NCBI GenBank assembly: GCA_965249275.1
Contig: CBDFLQ010000006.1
Location: forward strand, 160,001-224,000
Direction: 5' to 3'
Length of the DNA: 64,000 nucleotides
From: Dehalococcoidia bacterium
GTDB taxonomy: Bacteria > Chloroflexota > Dehalococcoidia > Plut-88900
Within the stretch, counting starts at the first letter, position 1. The number at the start of each line of letters is the position of its first letter. Made by a program: the position numbers and the translations under genes. The notes below the pieces were generated by a model, which saw only the letters and a list, made by a program, of their open reading frames with translations, did no database searches and was not told the DNA's origin. This document shows, piece after piece, positions 50,088-60,792 of the stretch.

Positions 50088-50263
50088 TAGACGGGTCGCA
50101 GATGCGCCGAGGCGTGAATCCATCCCTTTTCCTCCATCATTCCCGTGCCCCGACACAGGAATCCATCCCACGGGGCGGGGTATTCCGTTCGCCCTGAGCC
50201 CCGTCGAAGGGTCTCAAGAACGGAATGGGGATGGGGAGCCCTCCCTCATCATCAGCCAACTAT

Positions 50264-51081
50264 CTACCCAACACTCCCCGGCTGGCAAACCGGACAAAAA
50301 TAAGTCCCCCGCCCCCCGACCACCATCCTCTGTATCTCCCCGGAGCACCCGGGACACGACGCTCCGCTCTTCCGAGGAACCAGAAATATCTTATCTCCCA
50401 AGTCCTCTGTCGGTGGCGCATCCGACGGGAGATTCTCCTGCAATATCTCAATGGCCCGCGTCAGTATCACAACTATCGAATCGTGAATCGCATCAATCGA
50501 CTGCGCACTCAGCTTCTTCGCCGGTGTCTGAGGATGCACCCCAGACCTGAACAGTATGTCGTCGGCGTAGATGTTCCCAATCCCGGCAATCCGCTTCGGT
50601 CCATCAGCAGCGACTTTATCACCGTGCTCCGTCCCTCAACGATTCCCTCCAGCACTCCCGGGGTGAACGAGGGCTCCAGGGGCTCGGGCCCCAGGCCCCC
50701 GACCACCGACTCCGCATCGTCGACCAGCCACACCGCCCCGAACTTGCGCGGGTCCACGAACCGTAGGTCGTACCCGTCTTCAAAGTGAAATACCGTCTGT
50801 GTGTACCGGTGCATCTCCTCCGAGGAATCTACGACCCGCAGCGAGCCCGTCATCCTCAAGTGCACTATCAGGGTCCGCGTATCCCTCAGCTGGAATAAGA
50901 AATACTTCGCCCTCCGGCCCACGTCCTCGATGGTGGCGCCTAGAATGTCCTCCCGGAACTCCCCAGCCGAAGGCGCCTTGACCGCCTTCGGCCAGTTCAG
51001 CGTCACCCCACCGACGGTACGGCCCCTTACTTCAGGCGCTATCACCCGGCGCATCGCCTCAACGTCCGGTAATTCCGGCAT
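50264..51081 (-). pseudogene. mutM: Formamidopyrimidine-DNA glycosylase with a 1-nt frameshift near 50597
   Basis: MPELPDVE start, RRAKY, HLRMTG and DPRKFG motifs; adding one base restores DQKRIAGIGNIYAD; C-terminal CPGC...GRGTYFCPVCQ zinc finger lies in another frame. Confidence 0.9.
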
Positions 51082-51084
51082 CAG

Positions 51085-53823
51085 CTACGCCATGTCTCCC
51101 CAGTTGGGGCCCATCTTTACATCCACGTTCAGGGGTACGCTCAACTCCAGCGCCGAAGACATGACCTCTCTCGCCAGCCCAGCCATCTCCTCCACTTCAT
51201 CCGACGGCGTCTCGAAGATTAGCTCGTCGTGGACCTGAAGGAGCATCCTGCTTCTCATATGGGCCTCGTCCATCCGGTTCTGCATTCCTATCATTGCCAG
51301 TTTCGTAATCTCCGCCGACGTACCCTGAATGGGCATGTTGATGGCCATCCTCTCGGCAGCCATCCTAACGTTGTGATTCCCCGAGTTTAACTCCGGGAAG
51401 TGCCGCCGCCGACCCAGCACCGTCTGCACGTACCCCTGCGCCCGAGCCTTGTGCTTCGTCACCTCCATGTATTCCTTAACGCCCGGATACCGCTCGAAGT
51501 ACTGGTTTATGAAGGTCTGGGCCTCTTCGTTGGAAAGCTCCGTCCTGGACGCCAGCCCGAACCCGCTGATCCCATATATGATGCCGAAGTTTATGGTCTT
51601 CGCAATCCGGCGCATGTCCGATGTGACCTCGTCCATCGGGACACCGTACACAAATGAAGCAGTTGCAGCGTGAATGTCCGCCCCGTCATGGAATGCCTTT
51701 ATCAGGCTCGGGTCCTCCGATATATGCGCCAGCACCCGCAGGTCTATCTGCGAATAGTCCGCCGCCAGGAGCACCCAGTCCGGATGGTCCTGCGCTATGA
51801 ACGCATGCCGCACCTGGCCGCCCAGTTCCGTGCGTATGGGTATGTTCTGCAGGTTCGGATCGTTGCTCGATACCCGGCCCGTCACAGTCCCCGTCTGGTT
51901 GAACGTCGTGTGTACCCGACCAGTGTTCGGGTTCACCAGCGACGGCAAAGCATCCAGGTATGTCGATTTGAGCTTAGATATCTGCCGGAATTCGAGCATC
52001 TTTTCCACCATCGGATGCGCGCCCCTCAGTCCTTCCAACACCCGTGCATCCGTCGAGAACCCGCTCTTGGTCCGCTTGGCGCTCGGCAGCGACAGCTCTT
52101 TGAACAGTACGTCACCAAGCTGCTTCGGCGAGTTAATGTTGAACCGGTGCCCGACGTCGTCATAGATCCCCCCCTCCAGCACCGCCATCCGCTCCCCCAA
52201 CTCCAGGGATAACCCTTGCAGCAGTTTCCCGTCCAGTGCAATCCCCGCACGTTGCATCCGCACAATGATAGGAACGAGGGGCAGCTCCACGTCGTCCATG
52301 ATTTCCCATCGCCCCTCCTCCCGCAGCTCCTTCTCGATCATCATGGATAGTCGCAGGGTAATGTCCGCATCCGCCGCCGCGTACGGGCTCGCCGACTCCA
52401 CGCTCACCTTGTCCATCGTGATCTGCTTGGATCCTGTGCCTATCAGCTCCGTGATCGGCGTCATCTCAATTCCCAGCCTGTCGAAGGAAAGCCCCTTCAG
52501 GCCCAACGACTTCTCCCCGATCAGGAAGGCTGCAATCATGCTGTCGTTGGCCAGACCCCGCACCTCTATACCGTAATTAGCCAGGATCATCATGTCGTAG
52601 TTGGCGTTGTGGGCCGTCTTGGGCAGCGACTCATCCTCGAACAGAGGCCGTAGCCTTTCTATCACCAGTTCCCTGGGCAGCTGCAGCCCCGAGTTGTGCC
52701 CCACCGGAATGTAGTACGACACCCCTGGCCTCGCCGATATCGATACACCCACGAGTCCCGCCATCATCGCGTTCAGGCTGGTCGTCTCAGTATCGAAAGC
52801 AAAGTATCCCGCCTCCCGAACTTCCGCAATCATCGCCTCAAGGGCGCCCTCATCCCGTACCATGTGGTATTCCACCGCCCCACCCCCCGACTCCCTGGCC
52901 TCGACCTCTTCGTCACTCTCCCCATCCCCACCCGGCAGCCGAGGCAGCAAACTGGAAAATTCCAGCTCCCTGAACAGTGCTACCACCGCCTCCCGGTTAA
53001 ACGCAGCCCTTGCACAAGCTGGAAGGTCCAGGTCCAAAGGCACCTGCACTATAATCCTGGCCAGGTCCACCGATAGCCTGGCCTGCGATTCATGCTCTTT
53101 CAGTAACCCTTGAATCCGTGGCGGCTTCACCTCTTCTACGTTCTTGTATATGTCCTCTATCCCCCCGAACTGCTGCACCAGCTTCGCCGCCGTCTTCGCC
53201 CCGATCCCCGGCACCCCCGGAATATTGTCCGACGTGTCCCCCATCAGCCCCTTTAGGTCTGGGATCAGGACAGGAGCCACACCGTACCTCTCCACAACCT
53301 TCTTCTCGTCGTAGAGTACGGTTTCCTTGAACATCCCTCTGGGTATAAGAGCCTTCACGTACGGATTGACCAACTGGACTATGTCGGTGTCCCCCGTGAG
53401 GATGACCGTATCAATCCCCCGCTCCGACGCCTGCTTCGACAGAGTCCCGAGAATGTCGTCCCCCTCATAGCCATCCATCTCGTAGGCCGGAATCCCAAAG
53501 GCCGCAATGAGTTCCCGTGTTCGCCTGAACTGCGCTCTCAGTTCATCCGGTGTCGACGCCCGCTGTGCCTTGTATTCCTCATATTGCAGGTGTCTGAACG
53601 TGGGTGTCGGCCTGTCGAAGACGATCGCGCAGTGAGTCGGGTCTATCTCGTCGAGAACCTTCAACAGTGCGCTGGTAAACCCGTACACCGCCCCGATAGG
53701 TTCCCCTGTCTTGTTCACAGTGAGAGGCGGCAACGCGTGAAACGCCCGATGAATCAGCGCATGCCCATCCATCAACAAAAAAAGCGGTTTCCGCTCAAGC
53801 ATAGAAGCCTGTTGGTTTGCCAT
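51085..53823 (-). CDS. polA: DNA polymerase I
   Basis: 5'-3' exonuclease (DGHALIHRA, GDTSDNIPGV), 3'-5' exonuclease (FDTET) and polymerase motifs DYSQIDLR, KTINFGIIYG, QVHDEL. Confidence 0.98.
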   Translation of the reverse strand: MANQQASMLERKPLFLLMDGHALIHRAFHALPPLTVNKTGEPIGAVYGFTSALLKVLDEIDPTHCAIVFDRPTPTFRHLQYEEYKAQRASTPDELRAQFRRTRELIAAFGIPAYEMDGYEGDDILGTLSKQASERGIDTVILTGDTDIVQLVNPYVKALIPRGMFKETVLYDEKKVVERYGVAPVLIPDLKGLMGDTSDNIPGVPGIGAKTAAKLVQQFGGIEDIYKNVEEVKPPRIQGLLKEHESQARLSVDLARIIVQVPLDLDLPACARAAFNREAVVALFRELEFSSLLPRLPGGDGESDEEVEARESGGGAVEYHMVRDEGALEAMIAEVREAGYFAFDTETTSLNAMMAGLVGVSISARPGVSYYIPVGHNSGLQLPRELVIERLRPLFEDESLPKTAHNANYDMMILANYGIEVRGLANDSMIAAFLIGEKSLGLKGLSFDRLGIEMTPITELIGTGSKQITMDKVSVESASPYAAADADITLRLSMMIEKELREEGRWEIMDDVELPLVPIIVRMQRAGIALDGKLLQGLSLELGERMAVLEGGIYDDVGHRFNINSPKQLGDVLFKELSLPSAKRTKSGFSTDARVLEGLRGAHPMVEKMLEFRQISKLKSTYLDALPSLVNPNTGRVHTTFNQTGTVTGRVSSNDPNLQNIPIRTELGGQVRHAFIAQDHPDWVLLAADYSQIDLRVLAHISEDPSLIKAFHDGADIHAATASFVYGVPMDEVTSDMRRIAKTINFGIIYGISGFGLASRTELSNEEAQTFINQYFERYPGVKEYMEVTKHKARAQGYVQTVLGRRRHFPELNSGNHNVRMAAERMAINMPIQGTSAEITKLAMIGMQNRMDEAHMRSRMLLQVHDELIFETPSDEVEEMAGLAREVMSSALELSVPLNVDVKMGPNWGDMA

Positions 53824-53893
53824 GGTCTTTTTCCTCCCCTCTCCCTTGGCCAGACCTTTACACAAACCTCCGCAAGAGGTCGCGGTGGGGCGT

Positions 53894-53936
53894 CCGGTCC
53901 CCTCTCTCTTGATGGGAGAGGGCTAGGGTGAGGGTG
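53894..53936 (+). repeat. CCCTCTCYC-TTGAT-GGGAGAGGG hairpin repeat (empty MITE target site)
   Basis: ccggtcccctctctcttgatgggagagggctagggtgagggtg. Confidence 0.85.
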
Positions 53937-54033
53937 AATCCTGTCCCCCCAAAACACCCCGATTATAGCACCCCACACCCCACCCCCTTCCTGCTAATAT
54001 ACGCCCATCACCCCGCTTCAATGGGAGGCATTC

Positions 54034-54969
54034 ATGGCCCTGCGTATAGGCATGCACACCGGCGTCCAGGACGTTAGCTACCCCGACCTCCGCAAGCTCT
54101 GGCAAATCGCCGACTCCAATGGCTTTTACTGGGTCTCCGTCTGGGACCACTTCTACGAAAATCCCACCCAGGACGGCAAAAGCCCTTGCTTCGAGGCCAC
54201 GACGACGATGGCTGCCATTGCAGCGGAAACCGAAAACGTCCGCATCGGCTGCCTCGTTATGGCCATCGGCTACCGAAATCCCGCCCTTTTGGCCAAGGCC
54301 ACAGTCACCATCGACCACATCAGCAACGGGCGCGTCGAAATGGGGATCGGTGGCGGTTGGTACGAGATGGAGTTCCTAGCCTACGGCTACCCCTTCCCCC
54401 CAATAAAGACCCGGCTCGACCAACTGGAAGAAGGAGCCCAGATCATCCGCTCCATGCTCCACAACGAGTCCACGACCTTCCAAGGCAAGCACTACTCCGT
54501 CGATAACGCCTACCTCTTCCCCCGCCCCATCCAGGCCTCTCCCCGACTCTGGATAGGCGGCCTGGGAGAAAAGCGCACGCTGCGCATTACCGCTAAGTAC
54601 GCCGATGGCTGGAACGCCGCCTATGTCCCCCCCGAGATGTTCGCCGCCAAGTCCCATATCCTCGACCAATGGTGCGAGAAAGAAGGCCGTGACACCGCCT
54701 CCATCTCCCGCAGCGTTAACCTCGGCTTCTACATGGGCACCGACGAAGCCGACGCCCGAAAGAAACACGACGATATTGAAAGCGCCTGGGGTGGCGACCC
54801 CACCTACAAGCCGGGTGGAATGCTCTTCGGTACCGCGGATCAGGTCCGGGACCGCATCGGGGAATACGTGGACATCGGCGTCACCGACCTAAACATCGCC
54901 TTCCGCGCCCCCTTCGACTTCGACGCCGTCCAGTGCTTCATAGAAGAAGTAATGCCCGCCTTCCAATAA
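54034..54969 (+). CDS. LLM-class (probably F420-dependent) oxidoreductase
   Basis: SVWDHFY, YRNPALLAK, DHISNGR and AKYADGWN motifs. Confidence 0.92.
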   Translation: MALRIGMHTGVQDVSYPDLRKLWQIADSNGFYWVSVWDHFYENPTQDGKSPCFEATTTMAAIAAETENVRIGCLVMAIGYRNPALLAKATVTIDHISNGRVEMGIGGGWYEMEFLAYGYPFPPIKTRLDQLEEGAQIIRSMLHNESTTFQGKHYSVDNAYLFPRPIQASPRLWIGGLGEKRTLRITAKYADGWNAAYVPPEMFAAKSHILDQWCEKEGRDTASISRSVNLGFYMGTDEADARKKHDDIESAWGGDPTYKPGGMLFGTADQVRDRIGEYVDIGVTDLNIAFRAPFDFDAVQCFIEEVMPAFQ

Positions 54970-54977
54970 CATTCACT

Positions 54978-55004
54978 GTCATTCCGAGGCCCCGCGAGGA
55001 ATCT
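54978..55004 (+). repeat. GTCATTCCG...GGAATCT REP-like repeat
   Basis: gtcattccgaggccccgcgaggaatct just after the stop codon. Confidence 0.85.
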
Positions 55005-55124
55005 AAGGCGTACCTCACCACTGACCAGATCAGCCGAGGCTGCCACACAATTTAATGTGACAAGGAACCACTCGCGCTGTCTAACATGAGCTGAAAATGG
55101 TGTGCCTTGTCCCTCTTTCTCTAT

Positions 55125-55258
55125 GAGGCCACTGAATAACCCGTGTTGGAGGAGCCGAGACCGCTCGTGCTGTCTTAGATCCGCCTCTGGCGGGAGGCTC
55201 TCGAAATATGAGCGGGGGGCGTCCCATTCCCTCTCCCGCGACGAGACTATTGCATAAC
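55125..55258. mobile_element. Two partial MITE left ends with a 22-nt micro-insertion (55172-55193)
   Basis: gaggccactgaataac at 55125 and gagactattgcataac at 55243, each preceded by a ccctct-type target. Confidence 0.6.
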
Positions 55259-55425
55259 CGCCATTCCGGCCTCCGAGCCGGTCGCACATGCGTCGTGCTT
55301 AAAGCGGAACATCCGCCTCTGGAAGCTCAACCTATGGCGGAGCGTGAATCCATCCCCTAGGGGCAAGGCATTCCGCTCGCTCTGTGCCGATGCTTCCCTC
55401 TAATCTCCCTTCCCCACTAAACAAA

Positions 55426-55498
55426 GAGTAATGGGCCGTGTTGCTTCGCAACACGGCCCATTACTCAATAAAATAGGGCGGGTGGGCGGGAACCTATT
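55426..55498 (+). repeat. Perfect 19-bp hairpin plus GGGCGGGTGGG tail
   Basis: gagtaatgggccgtgttgc-ttc-gcaacacggcccattactc; sister copy at 62176. Confidence 0.8.
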
Positions 55499-55532
55499 TC
55501 TCCCGAAGCAAGGAAGGGAGGGCTACCCTACC

Positions 55533-56012
55533 TCACCTCAACCGCTCCATCAACGCCTTACCCACGTGCGACGGCACAAAAGAGTCAGGGTCTCCACCAA
55601 GCTTCACCACCTCTTTCAACAGGGAAGAACTGAGAAACTGGTGCTCGAGGCTGCTCATAAACGTCACCAGTTCGATGTCCGGGGCCAGCTTCTTGTTCAT
55701 CAACGCCATCTCGAACTCACGCTCGAAGTCCGAGTTCATCCGAAGCCCTCGTATCATCACCTTGGCATTGATCTCCCGGGCGTAGTCCACGGTCAACCCC
55801 GTATACGCAACCGCTCTGATGTTCGGGAAGCCTTCCAGCGAGTCATTGATCAGGGCTATACGTTCCTCGGTATTGAATAGCAACCTCTTGTTGTCCGGTG
55901 TGGAGTAGACCGCTATTACAACCTCGTCGAACACCAAGGAGGCCCTCTTCGCGATGTCCAGGTGACCGTTGGTTACGGGATCGAAGCTCCCGGGGTATAG
56001 GGCGGTGGTCAA
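55533..56012 (-). CDS. coaD: Pantetheine-phosphate adenylyltransferase
   Basis: YPGSFDPVTNGHLD, RGLR and LSSSLLKE motifs. Confidence 0.97.
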   Translation of the reverse strand: MTTALYPGSFDPVTNGHLDIAKRASLVFDEVVIAVYSTPDNKRLLFNTEERIALINDSLEGFPNIRAVAYTGLTVDYAREINAKVMIRGLRMNSDFEREFEMALMNKKLAPDIELVTFMSSLEHQFLSSSLLKEVVKLGGDPDSFVPSHVGKALMERLR

Positions 56013-56563
56013 AGACTTCCCTCCGATTGAAAGATGCTCAACATTGTATCACCGTACGTCTTCTCTTTTTCCAGCACGAATCTCCCGTACCGCTCATTGA
56101 GTCCTCGACGCTTGGCATGCTCAACAATTAGCAGTCCATCAGGACTGCATAAGCCTTTCTCGCCTATCAGCCCCAGGACCCGATCAACCGGCTCATCAGC
56201 ATACGGAGGGTCCATGAAAATCAAGTCGTACTCGCCCGAGAGTGTTCCCACCGCTTTCTCCGCATCCAGCACATGCACCCGACCCCGGTCGCTCAAGCCC
56301 GTGGCCTTAAGGTTATCTCCTATTATCCGAGCCAACCCCCGGTCCCGCTCCACGAAGTCCACCCACCTCGCCCCTCGGCTCAGCGCCTCGATCCCGATCG
56401 CCCCCGTGCCTGCATACAAGTCCAGCACTCGCCTCAACTCCACCCCCGCCGAGTCCAGCATAGAAAACAGCGCCCCTCGAACACGCTCGGAGCTGGGCCG
56501 CAGCCCCGCATTCGCCGGAGCCTTCAACCTCCGCCCCTTTGCCTCACCAGCAATAACCCGCAT
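56009..56563 (-). CDS. rsmD: 16S rRNA m2G966 methyltransferase
   Basis: MRVIAGEAKG, LDLYAGTG and DPPY motifs. Confidence 0.95.
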   Translation of the reverse strand: MRVIAGEAKGRRLKAPANAGLRPSSERVRGALFSMLDSAGVELRRVLDLYAGTGAIGIEALSRGARWVDFVERDRGLARIIGDNLKATGLSDRGRVHVLDAEKAVGTLSGEYDLIFMDPPYADEPVDRVLGLIGEKGLCSPDGLLIVEHAKRRGLNERYGRFVLEKEKTYGDTMLSIFQSEGSL

Positions 56564-56719
56564 TCCAGGATTCTAAGTCCCACTCCCCCAACCCGCAACG
56601 CACCCCCACCCCATGCTCTCCGTCACCTCAACGCTCCTCCCCCTCCCCGTCACCCCGACACTCCTCCGCACTCCCGCCATCCCAACACCGCCCTGTCATC
56701 CCTACGTTCCACCGCCCCC

Positions 56720-56862
56720 GTCATCCCGAGGCTCCGCAAGAGATCTAGGATTTGCCCACCCACATCCCAGCACCACCCAGCCTCCCCTCCAATCCCCACG
56801 TTTGATACCGCTCATCTTTAGCCTGCTGAAAGTCCGCCGTGGCGAATCGAAGGGTCGAGCGG
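56720..56862 (+). repeat. REP cluster (GTCATCCCG type, and GTCGAAGG type with a 21-nt insertion at about 56825-56845)
   Basis: gtcatcccgaggctccgcaagagatct; ccgctcatctttagcct[gctgaaagtccgccgtggcga]atcgaagggtcgagcgg. Confidence 0.7.
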
Positions 56863-57234
56863 ATACACACACCCATCTTAATAACCATACCTCCCCAAAG
56901 GGACCGCCATCGTTGTCACACTGCCCCCCTGTGACATCAACCCCTTACCCCTCCCCACCCTACTCTCCCTATAATGTCCAATGACCAATGACCAATGCAT
57001 CCCTGCGAAAAGCCTGCATGACAACAATCCGCAACTCCCTCACCACCCAACCCCCGAGCCGAAAATCAATCAATAATCATGCCTGCGCCCCGCAAACAAT
57101 CATATGCAAAGCCGTTTCCCTTTGATTGTAATATGTCAACTACCTCGCATTTCCCGAACAAAAACACCATCTTGTCACTTCCAGGCCTCGATGATAAAAT
57201 CACCCCCGACCCGACCCCCCAAACAGGTCATCAC

Positions 57235-58932
57235 TTGCCACAACACGACGTACTAGTTATAGGCGCGGGACTCGCCGGTATGAGGGCCGCTCTTGAGGCC
57301 CACCGACACGGCGCTAACGTTGCCGTTGTTTCCAAAGTTCACCCCGTCCGTAGCCACTCCAATGCCGCCCAGGGCGGCATCAACGCTGCCATGCCCGAAG
57401 AGGGCCGAGAGGACGACTGGGAGTCCCACGCCTTCGACACCGTCAAGGGCTCCGACTACCTCGGTGACCAGGACGCCATCGAGATCATGGCCCGTGAAGC
57501 CCCGAGTGACATCATCGAGCTCGAGCATATGGGCGTGATCTTCAACCGGGATGAGCGAGGCAGGCTCGGGGCACGAAGCTTCGGCGGCGCATCCTTTGCC
57601 AGGACCTTCTTCGTCGCCGACATCACCGGCCAGGCCATCCTTCACGTCATGTACGAGCAGCTGATGAAGGCCGGCATCTTCGTCTACGAAGAGTGGTTCG
57701 TCACTTCCCTCATCATGCTCGACGGAGTCTGTAAGGGCGCGGTCGCCATGGACATGCTCTCCGGCAGGATCGAGCCCATTCAGGCTAAGGCCGTGATAAT
57801 GGCAAGCGGCGGCCTGGGCCGAGTCTATGAGCCCTCCACCAACGCCATGATCTGTACCGGAGACGGCATCGCCCTCGCGTACAACGCCGGTGCTCCCCTC
57901 ATGGACATGGAGATGGTCCAGTATCACCCCACCACCCTCCCCTCCAATGGCGCCCTCCTCTCCGAGGCCGCCCGAGGCGAAGGCGCTTATCTCATAAACT
58001 CCGAGGGCGAGCGCTTCATGGGCAATTCCCGCAACCCTTATTACGCACCCAACAAGATGGAGCTCGCCTCCCGGGACGTCGTATCCCGAGCAGAACGTGT
58101 CGAAATCGACGCAGGCCGAGGCGTCGATGGCGCAATCCTTCTCGACTGTCGGCACCTGGGCAAGCAGAAAATCCTCGAACGCCTATCCCAGATCCGGGAG
58201 CTCGGCGTCCAGTTCTCGGGAGTGGACATCGCTGAGGAGCCCATCCGCATCGTGCCCGGAATGCACTACCAGATGGGGGGCATCAAGACCGACGTCACCG
58301 GCGCAACCTCCATCCCGGGCCTCTACGCCGCAGGTGAATGCGCCTGCATCAGCCTCCACGGAGGCAACCGGCTCGGGGCCAACTCCCTGCTGGAAACCGT
58401 TGTCTTTGGCAGACGCGCCGGCCTCGCCTCCGCCGAATACGCCTCCTCCCTTAGCCAGCCTATCCTTTCCAACGCCATCAAGTCCGACGAAGAGGCCCGC
58501 ATCGAGGCTATACTCAATCGGGATGCCAACAGCGACCCGCCCGCCGCGATTCGACTCGAAATGGGCCAGTCTATGCACACGAACGTAGCTGTCTTCCGCG
58601 ACGCCGACGGCCTTAAAAAGTCCCAGGAGACCCTCGTCCAGCTCAAGGAGCGCTACGCCAAAGCCTCCATTAGCGACAAAGGAAAAGTCTTCAACTACAA
58701 CCTGCTATCCTACCTCGAGTTGGGGTTTATGCTCGATTGCGCGGAGACCATCGTCGCCGGCGCAATCGTTCGCAAGGAGAGCCGCGGCGCCCATACCCGC
58801 ACCGACTACCCCGAGCGAGACGACAAAAACTGGCTCCAACATACCCTTGTCACCCTTCAGGGGGGCGAACCTCGTATCGACTATGCACCCGTTACTATTA
58901 CTAGATGGCAGCCCCAGGCCCGAACTTACTAG
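57235..58932 (+). CDS. sdhA: Succinate dehydrogenase/fumarate reductase flavoprotein subunit
   Basis: [27 protein letters not shown] and [11 protein letters not shown] motifs; probable TTG start at 57235. Confidence 0.95.
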   Translation: MPQHDVLVIGAGLAGMRAALEAHRHGANVAVVSKVHPVRSHSNAAQGGINAAMPEEGREDDWESHAFDTVKGSDYLGDQDAIEIMAREAPSDIIELEHMGVIFNRDERGRLGARSFGGASFARTFFVADITGQAILHVMYEQLMKAGIFVYEEWFVTSLIMLDGVCKGAVAMDMLSGRIEPIQAKAVIMASGGLGRVYEPSTNAMICTGDGIALAYNAGAPLMDMEMVQYHPTTLPSNGALLSEAARGEGAYLINSEGERFMGNSRNPYYAPNKMELASRDVVSRAERVEIDAGRGVDGAILLDCRHLGKQKILERLSQIRELGVQFSGVDIAEEPIRIVPGMHYQMGGIKTDVTGATSIPGLYAAGECACISLHGGNRLGANSLLETVVFGRRAGLASAEYASSLSQPILSNAIKSDEEARIEAILNRDANSDPPAAIRLEMGQSMHTNVAVFRDADGLKKSQETLVQLKERYAKASISDKGKVFNYNLLSYLELGFMLDCAETIVAGAIVRKESRGAHTRTDYPERDDKNWLQHTLVTLQGGEPRIDYAPVTITRWQPQARTY

Positions 58933-58953
58933 CCGACTGGAACGCGAGGGAAG

Positions 58954-59901
58954 ATGGAAGTAGCCGTTAAAATCAAACGCTTCAACCGGGAGTCGGGCTC
59001 AGGGCCATATTACGAAGACTTCAAGGTCGAGTGCGAAGAGCACGAGATGGTCCTCGACGCCCTGATAAAGATCCGCGAGTATCAGGACCAGTCCCTCGCC
59101 CTCCGCTGCTCCTGCCGCAGCGCCATCTGCGGCTCCTGCGCCATGCGGGTCAACGGCCATGCAGGACTCGCCTGCAACACCAAGATCACCGACGCCCTCT
59201 CCCGCACCGATACCATCGTCGTCGAGCCTATGGGCAACACCTCGGTAATCAAGGACCTGGTTGTAGACGCTAAGCCATTCTGGGAGAGGATAAACAAGAT
59301 TCAGCCTTGGCTCTCCCCCACCGGCCCCACCCCCGACCACGAATATATCGTTGATAACTCCGCCATGCTAGCCTTGAACCAGGTCATGGGCTGCATTATG
59401 TGCGGAGCCTGCGTCTCCGACTGCACCGTCCTGGAGGTCGACAAGCGTTTCCTCGGACCCGCGGCTCTTGCCAAGGCCCTCCGCTTCGCTGGAGATCCCA
59501 GGGACGGCATAGAAGAAGACAGGCTCAGGAAGCTCGGTCAGGCCGGTGGCATCTGGGACTGCACCCACTGCTTCGAATGCGTTCAGGTCTGCCCCAAGGG
59601 CGTAGCTCCCATGGACCAGATACTTGAGCTTCGCCGCAAGGCCGTCGAACAGGGCTTCGTCAACAACAACGGCGCCCGCCACGCCGAGTCCATGTCCAAT
59701 TCCATCAAACGAAGTGGCTGGCTGGACGAAAAGCGCCTCATCGTAGAGTCCTACGGCATCTTCAACATCAGCGCCCTTATTGGACTCATCCCCACAGCCT
59801 TCCGTTCTCTCAAAGCTAGGAAGTTGCCGCCCCTTTTCCACCACAAGCGGCCCGGTGCGGACAAAGTAAAGCGCATTTTTGAAAAGCTGGAAAGCAAGTA
59901 A
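58954..59901 (+). CDS. sdhB: Succinate dehydrogenase iron-sulfur subunit (long form)
   Basis: SCRSAICGSC, CIMCGACVSDC and CTHCFECVQVCP motifs. Confidence 0.95.
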   Translation: MEVAVKIKRFNRESGSGPYYEDFKVECEEHEMVLDALIKIREYQDQSLALRCSCRSAICGSCAMRVNGHAGLACNTKITDALSRTDTIVVEPMGNTSVIKDLVVDAKPFWERINKIQPWLSPTGPTPDHEYIVDNSAMLALNQVMGCIMCGACVSDCTVLEVDKRFLGPAALAKALRFAGDPRDGIEEDRLRKLGQAGGIWDCTHCFECVQVCPKGVAPMDQILELRRKAVEQGFVNNNGARHAESMSNSIKRSGWLDEKRLIVESYGIFNISALIGLIPTAFRSLKARKLPPLFHHKRPGADKVKRIFEKLESK

Positions 59902-60779
59902 TGAAATACGCGTGGTATCCCGGATGCGTGTCACAAGGGGCCTGCCCCGAGCTCTTCACCGCAACCCTAGCGGTAGCCGATAAGCTCGGCATTGAGTTGG
60001 TCGAACTGAAAGAGGCCGCCTGCACTGGCGCCGGAATCCTCAGTGAGCGCAACCCTGAGCTCTCCGACACCCTGAACGCCCGCACTTTCGCCATGGCCGA
60101 GCGCCTCGGACTGCCCCTCATGACCATCTGCAGCACCTGTCAGGGCGTCATGAGTCAGGCCAACTACAAGCTCCAGAACGACCCCGAGTACCTCGCCAAG
60201 ATCAACGAGACCCTCGCCCTGGAAGACCTTGAATACAAGGGCACTACCAAGGTCAGCCACTTGCTCTGGGTAATCGTCGAGGACGTCGGTTTGGACAAGG
60301 TAGAGCCCCTGGTTGAGAGACCTCTCACCGGCGTCAAGATCGCCCCTTTCTACGGCTGCTACATCCTCCGACCCACCATGTACCTCGGCTTCGAAGACCA
60401 ACCCGAGCGTGACACCTACATCGAGAAGATCACCACTACCCTCGGCGGCATCGCCGTCGACTATTCAGGCAAGACCAAGTGCTGCGGCTTCCCCATCCTC
60501 ACCATGAACGAAAAGGCCTCCTACGCCATGGCCGGCGACCACCTCATAGAGGCCAAACAAGAGGGCGCCGACGTTATGGTAACCCCTTGCCCCCTCTGTC
60601 ATCTCAACTTGGACGGTGCCCAGCCCAAGGCAGCCAGGCAGAAGAAGATGCAGATCGGCTTACCTATCATCCACCTCCCCCAGATGATAGGATTGGCATT
60701 CGGCATCCAGCCCAAGAAGCTCGGCCTCAACCGCCACATCGTCAACACCAAGAGCTTCGTCGCCAAAGTCCCCGCCTAG
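59901..60779 (+). CDS. CCG-domain (HdrB/SdhE-type) subunit
   Basis: YPGC, ACTG, CSTC, FYGC, KCCG and PCPLCHLNLD motifs; translationally coupled to sdhB. Confidence 0.9.
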   Translation: MKYAWYPGCVSQGACPELFTATLAVADKLGIELVELKEAACTGAGILSERNPELSDTLNARTFAMAERLGLPLMTICSTCQGVMSQANYKLQNDPEYLAKINETLALEDLEYKGTTKVSHLLWVIVEDVGLDKVEPLVERPLTGVKIAPFYGCYILRPTMYLGFEDQPERDTYIEKITTTLGGIAVDYSGKTKCCGFPILTMNEKASYAMAGDHLIEAKQEGADVMVTPCPLCHLNLDGAQPKAARQKKMQIGLPIIHLPQMIGLAFGIQPKKLGLNRHIVNTKSFVAKVPA

Positions 60780-60792
60780 CCCCACCCTCGTC

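Noticed and set aside
50032-50788. Plus-strand ORFs near mutM, and 39492-39878
   Set aside because: Translations of MITE/REP sequence and antisense of mutM or menA.
56564-57234. Possible ncRNA or riboswitch upstream of sdhA
   Set aside because: Only C-rich low-complexity sequence, REPs and a short tgaccaa repeat; no recognisable riboswitch motif.
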